The notes beneath the pieces are model-generated. The model was not told the DNA's origin. It did not search any database and worked only from the letters and a program-made list of their open reading frames with translations. A stretch of 64,000 bases of DNA, taken from positions 864,001 to 928,000 of the forward strand of contig CAVRCF010000005.1 of assembly GCA_963719505.1 (NCBI GenBank), in the 5' to 3' direction. Shown piece after piece: positions 29,444-38,542 of this stretch (within the stretch, counting starts at the first letter, position 1; every line of letters begins with the position of its first letter). The translations under genes and the position numbers were made by a program. Source of the stretch: Halobacteriovoraceae bacterium (GTDB taxonomy: Bacteria; Bdellovibrionota; Bacteriovoracia; Bacteriovoracales; Bacteriovoracaceae).

Positions 29444-29926
29444 GTGAAAAAAGCACTTTTGCTATTTTTAATGATGACAACGGGACTTCTTTACGCTGAA
29501 TCAAAGGGTATAACAGTTGATGTAAGCCTCTCTCCAGCGGGATCTTTTCAAATTAAATCCACAAAAGTTCGAGGAAATGTGACAAAGGCAGGAGGAAAGA
29601 TATCTGGAAAAGATATTAACGTTTCTGTGAAGTCACTAAAAACTGGGATTGAGCTCAGAGATGAGCATATGCATAAAAGATTAGATCCAAAGAATCATAA
29701 AAAAATAATTATCGAACAAGCTATTGGTGCCAAAGGTAATGGCGTTGCTATTATCAACATCAAAGGAATAAGAAAGAAGATCAAATTTACTTATAAAGAG
29801 ATGGGATCGATGGTGAAAGCAAATTTTAAACTAAGTCTTAAAGATTATAAAATCAGTGACTTACGCTATATGGGTGTTGGAGTTGAAGACGAGATATCAG
29901 TCACAGCTTTAGTCCCACTTAAATAG
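29444..29926 (+). CDS. YceI-like secreted lipid/polyisoprenoid-binding protein
   Basis: GTG start with GAGG RBS, signal peptide, SLKTGIELRDEHM YceI motif. Confidence 0.85.
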   Translation: MKKALLLFLMMTTGLLYAESKGITVDVSLSPAGSFQIKSTKVRGNVTKAGGKISGKDINVSVKSLKTGIELRDEHMHKRLDPKNHKKIIIEQAIGAKGNGVAIINIKGIRKKIKFTYKEMGSMVKANFKLSLKDYKISDLRYMGVGVEDEISVTALVPLK

Positions 29927-30010
29927 TCCTCTATTTGCGGTCAAAAAAAACTTTTCCGGGTGGCCAGAATACTTTTAAATGACTAAAATAGTGAACCTTA
30001 GGAGATTAAT

Positions 30011-30241
30011 GTGACTAAAAAATCAGAAAATTTTAAAGTAAAAATTGGTGAGGGCGTTCCTGTAGAGAAGGTTCTTAGAAAATTCAAAAGAATGTGTGAC
30101 TCTTACGGTGTGGTTAGACAGTACCGAGATAAAGAAGCTTACAAAAAGCCTTCTATTAGAGACAAAGAAAAAAGAGAAGCAGCTGAAAAAAGACGTAGAA
30201 AAACAGCTTCAAAAACAAAAAGATTTTCTAGAAAAATATAA
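30011..30241 (+). CDS. rpsU: 30S ribosomal protein S21
   Basis: EKVLRKFKR...EAYKKPS..K, basic tail; AGGAG RBS with GTG start. Confidence 0.9.
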   Translation: MTKKSENFKVKIGEGVPVEKVLRKFKRMCDSYGVVRQYRDKEAYKKPSIRDKEKREAAEKRRRKTASKTKRFSRKI

Positions 30242-30259
30242 TTATTTTCATTCAGATAT

Positions 30260-30287
30260 AAAAAGCGATCCTATGAGATCGCTTTTT
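30260..30287. terminator. Bidirectional intrinsic terminator between convergent genes
   Basis: aaaaagcgatc-ctatga-gatcgcttttt. Confidence 0.88.
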
Positions 30288-30300
30288 GTTTTTGGGAAGC

Positions 30301-30960
30301 TTAAAATCTAAAGATGTACTCTAATCCTGCAATGGTGTTTGTCGTCTTTATATCATCTGTTCCTATTGTCTTATTCTCCATCTCCCCTCCAGCAAAGATT
30401 CGCGCTCTGTGGCCACTACGACCAATGATTGAGTACAATCGCCCTGACACCTGAGTTCTATTTTCAACATCTCCACTAGAAGCTTCAAAATCATAAGTCA
30501 CATCAAAACCAATATTAAAGGGTCTAAACTGAGCTAAAACCTGATTATAATTCAATGAAAGGAAGCTTAAGTCCTCAGATAAAAGTTCTATTTCGTTATT
30601 AGATAATTTAAAATTTAAAACTTCAGCTTTTGAGCCAAAAACACTAATTGCCGACTTTGGTGTTAAAACAAATCTGAAACCAATATCAAATCTTTGGAGA
30701 GAAATTTCACTATCTCCTGTGACAATAGAGTCATCAAGATTAAACTTATAATTTCTATTTTCCATCTCGAGAAGAAAATGAACATATGTCCCTATAAACC
30801 ACTTGTAACCAACGGAGAAGCTTGGTTCGTTGGAGGACTTTAGGTCCTCAGCACCCAGTTCTTTAACTGTACTTGAGAAGGCGCTGGCCGAGAAAGTGAT
30901 CTCTTGAACTGCGTAGGATGAAAAAGAAAATAAGAGCGTGATGAGAGTTATCGTTTTCAT
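30301..30960 (-). CDS. Hypothetical exported protein, probable small outer-membrane beta-barrel
   Basis: Signal peptide, alternating strand pattern, C-terminal AGLEYIFRF. Confidence 0.6.
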   Translation of the reverse strand: MKTITLITLLFSFSSYAVQEITFSASAFSSTVKELGAEDLKSSNEPSFSVGYKWFIGTYVHFLLEMENRNYKFNLDDSIVTGDSEISLQRFDIGFRFVLTPKSAISVFGSKAEVLNFKLSNNEIELLSEDLSFLSLNYNQVLAQFRPFNIGFDVTYDFEASSGDVENRTQVSGRLYSIIGRSGHRARIFAGGEMENKTIGTDDIKTTNTIAGLEYIFRF

Positions 30961-31016
30961 TAGCCTATTTTAGGTGAAATGAGTTTAGATTTAAAGGGAG
31001 TAAGCTTTCCCCCACT

Positions 31017-31041
31017 AAAAGGGCCCGCATTGCACGGGCCC
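31017..31041 (-). terminator. Intrinsic terminator of the lipoprotein gene
   Basis: gggcccg-cattgca-cgggccc followed by TTTT on the minus strand. Confidence 0.8.
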
Positions 31042-31067
31042 TATAAGCTAACTATTTGTTTTTGTGT

Positions 31068-31862
31068 TTAAAGAGTCGCTCTATTTCTATGAAGTCTGTA
31101 GAGCTTTTTATCGATCTTTCTTTTCTTAGAACTCGAAGTACTAATCGAATTATAGTCTAGAACTAGCTTTTGAGCACTTGGAGCTCTTGAGCTTTTAGAT
31201 GCACTAAAGGCTGCAAATCTAGTTGTTGGTTGAGCTAACAGATCATTCGTATCGATAACACTACTGATATCAACGAACAAACCAAACCCGTTTTTACCTG
31301 CTGTTCTAGAAGTATAAATACCTGCACTTCCTAGAACTTGACCCGCATTAAAGTTTGGAAAAATACTCGTCTCCCCGACAGATCTTCCTAAAGAATCGAG
31401 ACCACTAATTCCAACTGTAGCTCCTATAGCTGCAACACCATCAGAGAAGGCCAAGTAGACATTAGCCTTATCTTTAATGGGAATAACAATGACTGAATTT
31501 TCACGAATAAGGGGAAGTACATTTCCATTTGGAAGTTGAGCGACTATGGCCTCTACACTTGCAATCGCAGATACATTTAGCTCGACTTCAAATTTATTTC
31601 TTCCTTCAATATCTCTATACATAGAAATCAGACCAATTTCTCTGCCCGTTCTTGGAACGATAATAGGAAGAGTGAGATTACTTAAAGAGATATTTCCAAT
31701 TTGTAATTCTGCAGAAACAGAAACGAGAACCTCTGAGTTATCAACCTCGGAAGAGACTTGAACATTTTGGACATAACCTCCATTTCCTCCACAGGAAACA
31801 AGAGTAAAAGAAATAATAATGAGTGCAATAAAAGACTTTTGTGATGATTTAATTAGATTCAT
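31068..31862 (-). CDS. Hypothetical lipoprotein
   Basis: 264-aa ORF, lipobox LVS-C, beta-rich body, basic C-terminus. Confidence 0.75.
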   Translation of the reverse strand: MNLIKSSQKSFIALIIISFTLVSCGGNGGYVQNVQVSSEVDNSEVLVSVSAELQIGNISLSNLTLPIIVPRTGREIGLISMYRDIEGRNKFEVELNVSAIASVEAIVAQLPNGNVLPLIRENSVIVIPIKDKANVYLAFSDGVAAIGATVGISGLDSLGRSVGETSIFPNFNAGQVLGSAGIYTSRTAGKNGFGLFVDISSVIDTNDLLAQPTTRFAAFSASKSSRAPSAQKLVLDYNSISTSSSKKRKIDKKLYRLHRNRATL

Positions 31863-32110
31863 GTATAACCCGTTAAAAAGCGTAGCTTTAGCGGATTTTT
31901 CTTAAAATGCTCACAACAAACGTACAACGGGTAAAAACGTACAACCACATATAAGAAATTTAAAAAAAGAATGTTTTGGGTATTAAAGAAGATCCATCTC
32001 ACGTTTAATGCGCTCAGCCATTGTAACAGCAAATTTAATTCGCCACAATCCCCTCCTGCGTTTAAAATCGTTTTAATTAATATAACGCTCACAATTTTAA
32101 AGGTTTAGGT

Positions 32111-32752
32111 ATGAAAAAAATTGACTATTATTTTGATTTTTTAAGTCCATATAGCTATTTCTCTGTAGTTAATTTAGAGAAATCCGGTTTTTTTAAAAAC
32201 TATGACGTCTCTCTAAAGCCCGTCGCAATGGGGACATTGTTCAATTATTTCGAAATGAAAGGTCCAGGAGAAATTCTTCCCAAGCGCCATTATATGCTCA
32301 AGCAGTGCTTTATCTATGCGGCTCAAAATAATATTCCCTTCAATCCGCCGGACAAGCATCCTTTCAATCCTCTTTATGCTTTAAGGCTTGCAACAAAAGC
32401 TTGTTCAGGAGAAAGACAATTGGAGATGACCTTGCTTCTTTTTAAATCTTGCTGGGAAAAGGGACTCACCCTAGGAGAACCCGAAGATCTCGAAATCATT
32501 CTCAACCAGCACGACTTCGATGCCAAAAAAATTCTTGATAAAACGTTTGAACGAGAAGTAAAAAAAGAACTTAAACAAAATACAAAAGATGCCATTGAAT
32601 CAAATGTTTTTGGAGTTCCAAGCTTTGTGGTTGAACAAGACCTCTTTTGGGGTAATGATTCTGTTTCAAATTTATTAGCTTTTTTGAAAGATGATTTTGT
32701 CGATTGGAATAAAGAGCTTTATCAAAGAAAAATTGAACAGGATAAATTATGA
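32111..32752 (+). CDS. 2-hydroxychromene-2-carboxylate isomerase / DsbA-like (GST-kappa) family protein
   Basis: IDYYFDFLSPYSY, HPFNPLYALR, VFGVPSFVV..LFWGND. Confidence 0.9.
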   Translation: MKKIDYYFDFLSPYSYFSVVNLEKSGFFKNYDVSLKPVAMGTLFNYFEMKGPGEILPKRHYMLKQCFIYAAQNNIPFNPPDKHPFNPLYALRLATKACSGERQLEMTLLLFKSCWEKGLTLGEPEDLEIILNQHDFDAKKILDKTFEREVKKELKQNTKDAIESNVFGVPSFVVEQDLFWGNDSVSNLLAFLKDDFVDWNKELYQRKIEQDKL

Positions 32753-33126
32753 TTTTTCTTTTTTTCTTATTCATCTCCTTTAATTGTTTTGCGACTACGT
32801 TTAATTGTAATCTTCAGCTCATCCCAAGAGATAAAGTCATTAATGCTGCTGATTCGAGTCAATATATTCTAGAGTTCGAGGTAAAAACACCTATTCAGAA
32901 AAAGAAAGAATTTAGCTTTAAACATTTGAAGGTCACTTTTTATCCTCTTCAAAAAAAGCTCCTCACTGTAAAATTTGAGAATACAAAGAAGAATACTTTT
33001 GTGGCAACTGACTATCTTGCGACTCAAGAAATTATATCCTTAAATACTCAGGACATAGGCTCTTTTATCTGCTGGTCTGAAAAAGCCCAGACCAGTGCCA
33101 AAGACGAAAAATTATCCTACCAATAA
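32749..33126 (+). CDS. Hypothetical secreted protein
   Basis: Start overlaps the upstream stop; signal peptide-like N-terminus. Confidence 0.6.
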   Translation: MIFLFFLFISFNCFATTFNCNLQLIPRDKVINAADSSQYILEFEVKTPIQKKKEFSFKHLKVTFYPLQKKLLTVKFENTKKNTFVATDYLATQEIISLNTQDIGSFICWSEKAQTSAKDEKLSYQ

Positions 33127-34115
33127 AGAGACCCTTTAAGTTTTGCAATCATAAGATTCATCAAATAAACGCAGTCATGTCCATCTGTTATTTTGATAAT
33201 ACCTTCAGAAGTGGTTCTCTGCCATTGAAAGTCTCTTCGATTCAATTCAGGATTTGGAAGGTTAACGGGACACTGAGCTAGAACTTGATCAACGAGTTCA
33301 CTTGAAACTCCATTATTAAAAAAATTCATAAGAGCATTGTCTTCATCTTTCTTATGAAGAAATTTTGCAACTTTCCTCATCTTCTTTTCAATCTTTTTAT
33401 CTTTAATTTTTCCTTCTTGCATATTGAGAACTCTGTACATCAAAAGAGACGAAGCTTTCAAGTGCCTAGGATATCCCGTTTCTGTAACCATCGTTTCTAG
33501 GTGAAAAAGTGTTTTTAAATACCATCCACTTTTTCTAACCTTCCTTGCTAAGCCACCGCCTTGAGGCATGACATCAAGGGCTCCAAACGTGTTGTAGAAA
33601 AGGTTTCTAGCACCAATTGTAATTCGACATCTATTGGCCGTAAATTCAGTACAGAGCTTCTCATCTGCTTCTTCTGATTGGATCCACTTAAACCAATTGA
33701 CAGCACTTTTTTTAACTTCTTCTTTTTCCTCTAAGTCTTTGTTTAAGTGCCCTTTTGCAATAAGGTAAGCGTGTACACCTCGGGCCATATCACGACTAAA
33801 GGAATTTATTTTTCCATCATCAACTCTGGTTACTCCGCGCCACCATCTTCCATTAGTTCCTTGTGCATTTTTAACATCGTCGCAGCGCTTTTTAATTGTT
33901 TCAGCATCATCGGCTAAAACGGCTCCAAGGCAGCCAAGGCCCGCAAAAAGAGTAACGTCATGTTGATGACAATCGTTGACATGCTCTGAATACGAGCCGT
34001 CTGAACATTCTAAAGCCCAGGACTTAACTTGTTCCCGTCTATTTTCTAATTTCTCTAGGAGAATAGGATTGGCGAAAAGGCCAAATGATAATAGCGATAA
34101 AAAAATTGCTTTCAT
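33117..34115 (-). CDS. Hypothetical secreted Cys-containing protein
   Basis: ATG 34115 with AAGGAG RBS and signal peptide; GRWWRG...NSFSRDMARG motif; no family recognised. Confidence 0.75.
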   Translation of the reverse strand: MKAIFLSLLSFGLFANPILLEKLENRREQVKSWALECSDGSYSEHVNDCHQHDVTLFAGLGCLGAVLADDAETIKKRCDDVKNAQGTNGRWWRGVTRVDDGKINSFSRDMARGVHAYLIAKGHLNKDLEEKEEVKKSAVNWFKWIQSEEADEKLCTEFTANRCRITIGARNLFYNTFGALDVMPQGGGLARKVRKSGWYLKTLFHLETMVTETGYPRHLKASSLLMYRVLNMQEGKIKDKKIEKKMRKVAKFLHKKDEDNALMNFFNNGVSSELVDQVLAQCPVNLPNPELNRRDFQWQRTTSEGIIKITDGHDCVYLMNLMIAKLKGSLYW

Positions 34116-34228
34116 GGAACTCCTTGAAAAAATGGTCAACGAATTTTTACCAAGAATTAACGCGAGGCACAATTTCAATTGAAACCTTTTCAGGGTCTAG
34201 TAATCTAAAGTATTGAAATGACGATATT

Positions 34229-34750
34229 TTAATCGATGGTAAGGGTCAAATTAGTGGAACCTTGTGCACAAACATAACTTCCCTTCCAAACACCTGCAAT
34301 AGGAGAGCCTGATTCAATTTTGATTCTTTTCAGGTCAAAAGTTTTACAGCCTTCAAACTCTACCCTACCTGTGAATTGCATTTTATCTTCTGTGACCTTC
34401 CCAGAAAGAGGTACCATTCCAATATCAACCGAGGGCTTATCTATCCATCTTAGAGATGCAAGATTGAGGCTTCCTGTCTTTTCATTGTACAAGCCCTCCA
34501 TTAAATACTTTCCCTTATACCCAGCCAAACTAAAATCAAAAGTGGCGTTAACCGAGCTAAGAATTTTCTTAGGGACTGGTTTAGGCTTGGGCTTTTCAAC
34601 TTTTGTCTTTGCAACTGGAGTTGGTTTTGGCTTCTGGGGCGAAACTTCTTTTTGCTGAAGAAGTGACACAAATATCATGACAAACAGAAGATCTAGTAAT
34701 GAAGTTAATTGGACGGCGCCTGTCTTTGTGCGCTTGAATTGTCTATCCAT
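34229..34750 (-). CDS. ExbD/MotB-like single-TM protein with atypical periplasmic beta domain
   Basis: LTSLLDLLFVMIFV TM with conserved Asp, Pro/Lys linker, beta-rich C-terminal domain with two Cys; ATG 34750 overlaps the end of the upstream gene. Confidence 0.7.
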   Translation of the reverse strand: MDRQFKRTKTGAVQLTSLLDLLFVMIFVSLLQQKEVSPQKPKPTPVAKTKVEKPKPKPVPKKILSSVNATFDFSLAGYKGKYLMEGLYNEKTGSLNLASLRWIDKPSVDIGMVPLSGKVTEDKMQFTGRVEFEGCKTFDLKRIKIESGSPIAGVWKGSYVCAQGSTNLTLTID

Positions 34751-35369
34751 TTGAAGAAACACTTACGTCTGTGACGATCTTTTTAAAGTTGGAACTTTCG
34801 TGAATAACTCTTTCAACCTTTGGCCAAAGAATACTTTCACAAACCATAAAGACGATAGAAAAACCAATCCCTAGAATCGTTGTATCCATTGCCAAAACAA
34901 AGGCATTTGATAAAGCTGAAACATCTATCTTTCCCCCTCCGGCTGTTTGAGCGATGGCGAGAATCGTTCCAAGAATTCCCAAAAGAGGAAAGACCTGAAC
35001 AAGAGTGCTCATGACCGATGTGTAGGTTTCAATTTTATAGTGTCTTGTATAGAGAGGACGCTTTGAAATATTTTTTGCATTTTTTGCAAACTCGTATTTT
35101 ACTTCAGGTTCACTTGTCACCTTTCTTCTAATAAAATCGAGTGATGCTTGAATTCTTTCATTAACTGTTTGATCAGAATCTTTATCCGGAGCATCCGTAA
35201 ACCCCTTCATCAAATTATCACAAACATCAGAAAGGACAGTTTCATGCTTTTTTGTCAGAAGCGTGATCATCACAATCAAAAATACTTCGATACCTGCGAA
35301 AATAAAAATAATGGGAAAAATATTGTTCGTCATAAAGTTAAATAATGACTGAATAAAAGATGAATCCAC
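34743..35369 (-). CDS. MotA/TolQ/ExbB proton channel family protein
   Basis: FPLLGILGTILAI and AFVLAMDTTILGI; GTG start with AAGGAG RBS. Confidence 0.88.
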   Translation of the reverse strand: MDSSFIQSLFNFMTNNIFPIIFIFAGIEVFLIVMITLLTKKHETVLSDVCDNLMKGFTDAPDKDSDQTVNERIQASLDFIRRKVTSEPEVKYEFAKNAKNISKRPLYTRHYKIETYTSVMSTLVQVFPLLGILGTILAIAQTAGGGKIDVSALSNAFVLAMDTTILGIGFSIVFMVCESILWPKVERVIHESSNFKKIVTDVSVSSNG

Positions 35370-35641
35370 CGTGGCTCCTTAAAAAAGACAATTATAAATG
35401 ATGTTTAATAGTTTAAGGTACTTAAAGCTGATGCGTCTAGATAAAACTCAATAGCTGACAGCACTAGTCAGCTTTGTTTTTATTGACTTAAATCATTGTG
35501 AGAAGTAGAAAAAGAGACCTTCCATGGCCAGAGGCTTCATCCATAAAGTAATTGGTAATTTTATTATGTAAGAAGTTTCAGGCTTTGGGAAACTGATGTA
35601 AGAATATAATAGGTTTTTACATGAATATTAATCCAATTAGC

Positions 35642-35668
35642 TAAAATTACTGAAATTTATGTCGATAG
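35642..35668 (+). promoter_or_regulatory. Sigma-28 (FliA)-type promoter upstream of the deaminase-like gene
   Basis: TAAA (35642)-N15-GTCGATAG (35661-35668). Confidence 0.55.
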
Positions 35669-35702
35669 GTTCAGTAAGAATAAACAAATTTAGGTGAATA
35701 TA

Positions 35703-37325
35703 ATGAGTGCACAACATATAAAGAAGCTCACGGAGCAATTAATTTCAATCATTAGTGAAACTAATGGAATTACCCTCAACGATACAATCGAGCTGGCAAT
35801 CAATTCAGAGTATTGCAAAGACCATGCGGCTGTAAAAAAATCATTTTCAGAATTCAGACGACTGCTTGCAGGTTACCAACAAAGTGAAGTCGATATCCAA
35901 ACACTTCTGGCCCATCCGGTAAGTGAAGCCTTTAGGTTATTTTTAAAGAGATTTCCTATCCCTTATAGAGAAGAGCATATTCACTTAACAGGTTCTTTAA
36001 CGGCAGACTTTGTGTATCCAAGATTAAAACCTCTGCTTGAAGGGGAAAACTCGGAGATATACTGGGATAAAATTAAAGAAACCTATGGTGAAGGTGTAAA
36101 GATTGAAGATGTCGATGATGTCGATCATCTTCTAAGACTTAAAGATGATGAGCAATTTGATCGCTACCTCGAAATTCTTCTTCTCCCAAAACTTATTCTT
36201 ACAAGTAGAAGTGCCCATAGAGAAGCTGCCTATCATATGGCCTCTGAGCTTTACCACTCTTACAATGTAGGCTTTATAAGACTAAAGTTTACTTTTTCAA
36301 GAGCAACCACTAAATCTTCAGAACAAATTCCCGGTCACGATAAACTCTCCGAAGAAGATGTTGTTATGGGTCTCTTTGAAGGCTTTATGGAGTTTAGAAA
36401 AAAAGTACCAGTCTTCAACTTTGTCCTATCACCATGCTTTAGAAAGGAATCTGATTTTTATGATGCTGAGAATTTTCCTGGAAAAAGGGAACATTTTAAT
36501 CATCAAATCGATCAAATTCTTGAGATCATCGAGAGAAACCCTCATGTGACTAAATTTTTGAGTGATGTTGACACCGTTGGAAACGAAAGGGACCTCTACC
36601 GAAAAGGTCACTTTCAAGATATGAAGATGGGATTCAGAAAGCTTCACTACAAGGGCTTCTCAATTCGATCTCACCACGGAGAGACCTTTCACACGTTAAA
36701 AAAAGGTGTTCAGGCCGTCGATAATGCTATGAATATTTGGCATATCGATACACTCGAGCATGGACTCAGCCTTGGAATCAATCCCAATTTTTACTATCAT
36801 AGCCTCTATCAGAGAGTTATTGAGCAAAACGAAACGGGTATTCCTCTCAAAGAAAAAAGTATTGAGTACAAAGAACTCGATGAAATGGACTGGAGAGAAC
36901 ACGGAAATATTAAAGATAAACTATTCTCAGGAATGCCTTTAAACGAAGTGGAAAAAACTCTTTTCGTAAAGACAAAATTCCATACAGCAAGAGAGGTAGA
37001 ACATTACCAACATGATGTTTTAAACAGAATGCTTAACAAGGGAGTCTCTCTTATCGCACTTCCTTCCTCCAATAAAAGACTGACTGGAAGTTTTGAAGAC
37101 TTTAAGGATCATCCTTTTTCTTGGTGGGAGAAGAAGAATGTTAATCTTGGAATTGGAACGGATAATTATATCACCTTGTGTACAGATTATCTGCAAGAGC
37201 TTCTTATCGTTCTCTATACTGACCCGGACACTCTTAAAATCACAAAGCTTTTAATGGTTGCTACCGGTGAGCAGAGAAGGCCTTTTATCTCACAACTTCT
37301 TTGGAAAATGAGAGACTTCAAGTAA
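35703..37325 (+). CDS. Adenosine/AMP deaminase-like amidohydrolase, 540 aa
   Basis: Metal-ligand motifs EEHIHLTGSL, SHHGE, LEHG, LPSSN and GTDN in the order expected for the ADA family. Confidence 0.8.
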   Translation: MSAQHIKKLTEQLISIISETNGITLNDTIELAINSEYCKDHAAVKKSFSEFRRLLAGYQQSEVDIQTLLAHPVSEAFRLFLKRFPIPYREEHIHLTGSLTADFVYPRLKPLLEGENSEIYWDKIKETYGEGVKIEDVDDVDHLLRLKDDEQFDRYLEILLLPKLILTSRSAHREAAYHMASELYHSYNVGFIRLKFTFSRATTKSSEQIPGHDKLSEEDVVMGLFEGFMEFRKKVPVFNFVLSPCFRKESDFYDAENFPGKREHFNHQIDQILEIIERNPHVTKFLSDVDTVGNERDLYRKGHFQDMKMGFRKLHYKGFSIRSHHGETFHTLKKGVQAVDNAMNIWHIDTLEHGLSLGINPNFYYHSLYQRVIEQNETGIPLKEKSIEYKELDEMDWREHGNIKDKLFSGMPLNEVEKTLFVKTKFHTAREVEHYQHDVLNRMLNKGVSLIALPSSNKRLTGSFEDFKDHPFSWWEKKNVNLGIGTDNYITLCTDYLQELLIVLYTDPDTLKITKLLMVATGEQRRPFISQLLWKMRDFK

Positions 37326-37326
37326 T

Positions 37327-37968
37327 TTAGCGTTTGGCCGTTGGAAGTGTGGAAGAACTATAATGTGCAACCTCACGATAGGGATCAGACAAAATAAGAC
37401 TTTGAACCTTAAGGTCTCCTCCAACACGCAAAGAGACCGTTGAAAACTCAATATTATTTTGAGTTTTAACACTTATAGATCCCCTAGCGCCAGCGCCCAC
37501 AATAGCTTTAACCTTGAAACTTCTAAGGTCGGTAGAAGAAAAACCCATTCCCATATTTCTGACAAACTTAAAGTCTAGAGCGTAGGTTCTTTTACCATTT
37601 TTTAAACTATCTGAAATCACTTTAAGTGTTAATGGCTCTGATCTGCGAGTAACGAGTCTTGCGGCCGCTGGAAAGTCTGATCGTGAAATAATGACTCTAT
37701 CTGAGCTTTTTAACTGACTAAAACTAAAGCCCCTTTTAACCCCTGAAGTATCTCTGTAGTGAAATCTCTCTATAGTTCCTGTTGAATAGTTAACCCCCGC
37801 GCAAGCGATCGCTGTCAATGTGATATAGGGAGAATTGATTTTGTATGTCGCAACTTGCTCCCAAGAAAGATTGGAGTAAGCTCTATCCGTTTCATCATCT
37901 CCGCAATTTTCAGTGGCGAAAGAATTAAACGAGGCCAGGATAATGCCCAAAAAAAGAATCAGCTTCAT
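37327..37968 (-). CDS. Hypothetical secreted protein
   Basis: Signal peptide MKLILFLGIILASFNSFA; start could also be 37980. Confidence 0.7.
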   Translation of the reverse strand: MKLILFLGIILASFNSFATENCGDDETDRAYSNLSWEQVATYKINSPYITLTAIACAGVNYSTGTIERFHYRDTSGVKRGFSFSQLKSSDRVIISRSDFPAAARLVTRRSEPLTLKVISDSLKNGKRTYALDFKFVRNMGMGFSSTDLRSFKVKAIVGAGARGSISVKTQNNIEFSTVSLRVGGDLKVQSLILSDPYREVAHYSSSTLPTAKR

Positions 37969-38079
37969 AGTTGAACCCATAAGTTAAATTTATGGAGTTA
38001 AACTAGTCTTTAACAACGCAGAACACAATGAGTGCTTTCTTATTTACAGGGGTATGTTGCTAGACTTTACTGAGACAGC

Positions 38080-38532
38080 TTAATCGTCACTATCAGCAAG
38101 GAGCGACTCGTACTCACTTATGACTCTTTCTTCGCTGTCAGTCTCGCTATTGTTTTTGAGAGCAAAACCTTCTTTTACCCCTCTTAGAACTGAATCAGAT
38201 AAATTGGCAAACAAAGGCTTATCAATAAAATCAAAGACTCCATGCTTTATAGCTTCTTTCATCAGTTGATCATCACCATGAGAAGTGAAGATAATAAAAG
38301 GAACTTCTTCACCTTGAGAACGAGCGGCTTTAATGAGCTCAATCCCATCCATTTCAGGCATTCTAATATCTGTGACGACACAGCAAAGATCATTATTTTT
38401 AGCGATGACATCTAGAGCTTCTACGCCATTTGTAGCCGTTAAAATATTTTCAAAAGAAGCTGACAAAATTTTTGTGACCTTATCTAAAATAAGGGCTTCA
38501 TCATCAACGATGAGAATCTTTTTATTTTCCAC
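38080..38532 (-). CDS. Single-domain response regulator (receiver)
   Basis: ILIVDDE, VTDIRMPEMDG, FTSHG, FIDKP. Confidence 0.93.
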   Translation of the reverse strand: MENKKILIVDDEALILDKVTKILSASFENILTATNGVEALDVIAKNNDLCCVVTDIRMPEMDGIELIKAARSQGEEVPFIIFTSHGDDQLMKEAIKHGVFDFIDKPLFANLSDSVLRGVKEGFALKNNSETDSEERVISEYESLLADSDD

Positions 38533-38542
38533 TGCTCTTCCT

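Noticed and set aside
31859-32092. Minus-strand 77-aa ORF in the divergent intergenic region
   Set aside because: No clear RBS or protein-like features; likely a chance ORF in promoter DNA.
34229-37325. Zorya (ZorAB) or RADAR anti-phage system
   Set aside because: The MotA-like protein lacks the long ZorA tail, its partner lacks an OmpA-like domain, no ZorC/D/E is present, and the deaminase has no adjacent AAA+ ATPase; the context is not a defence island.
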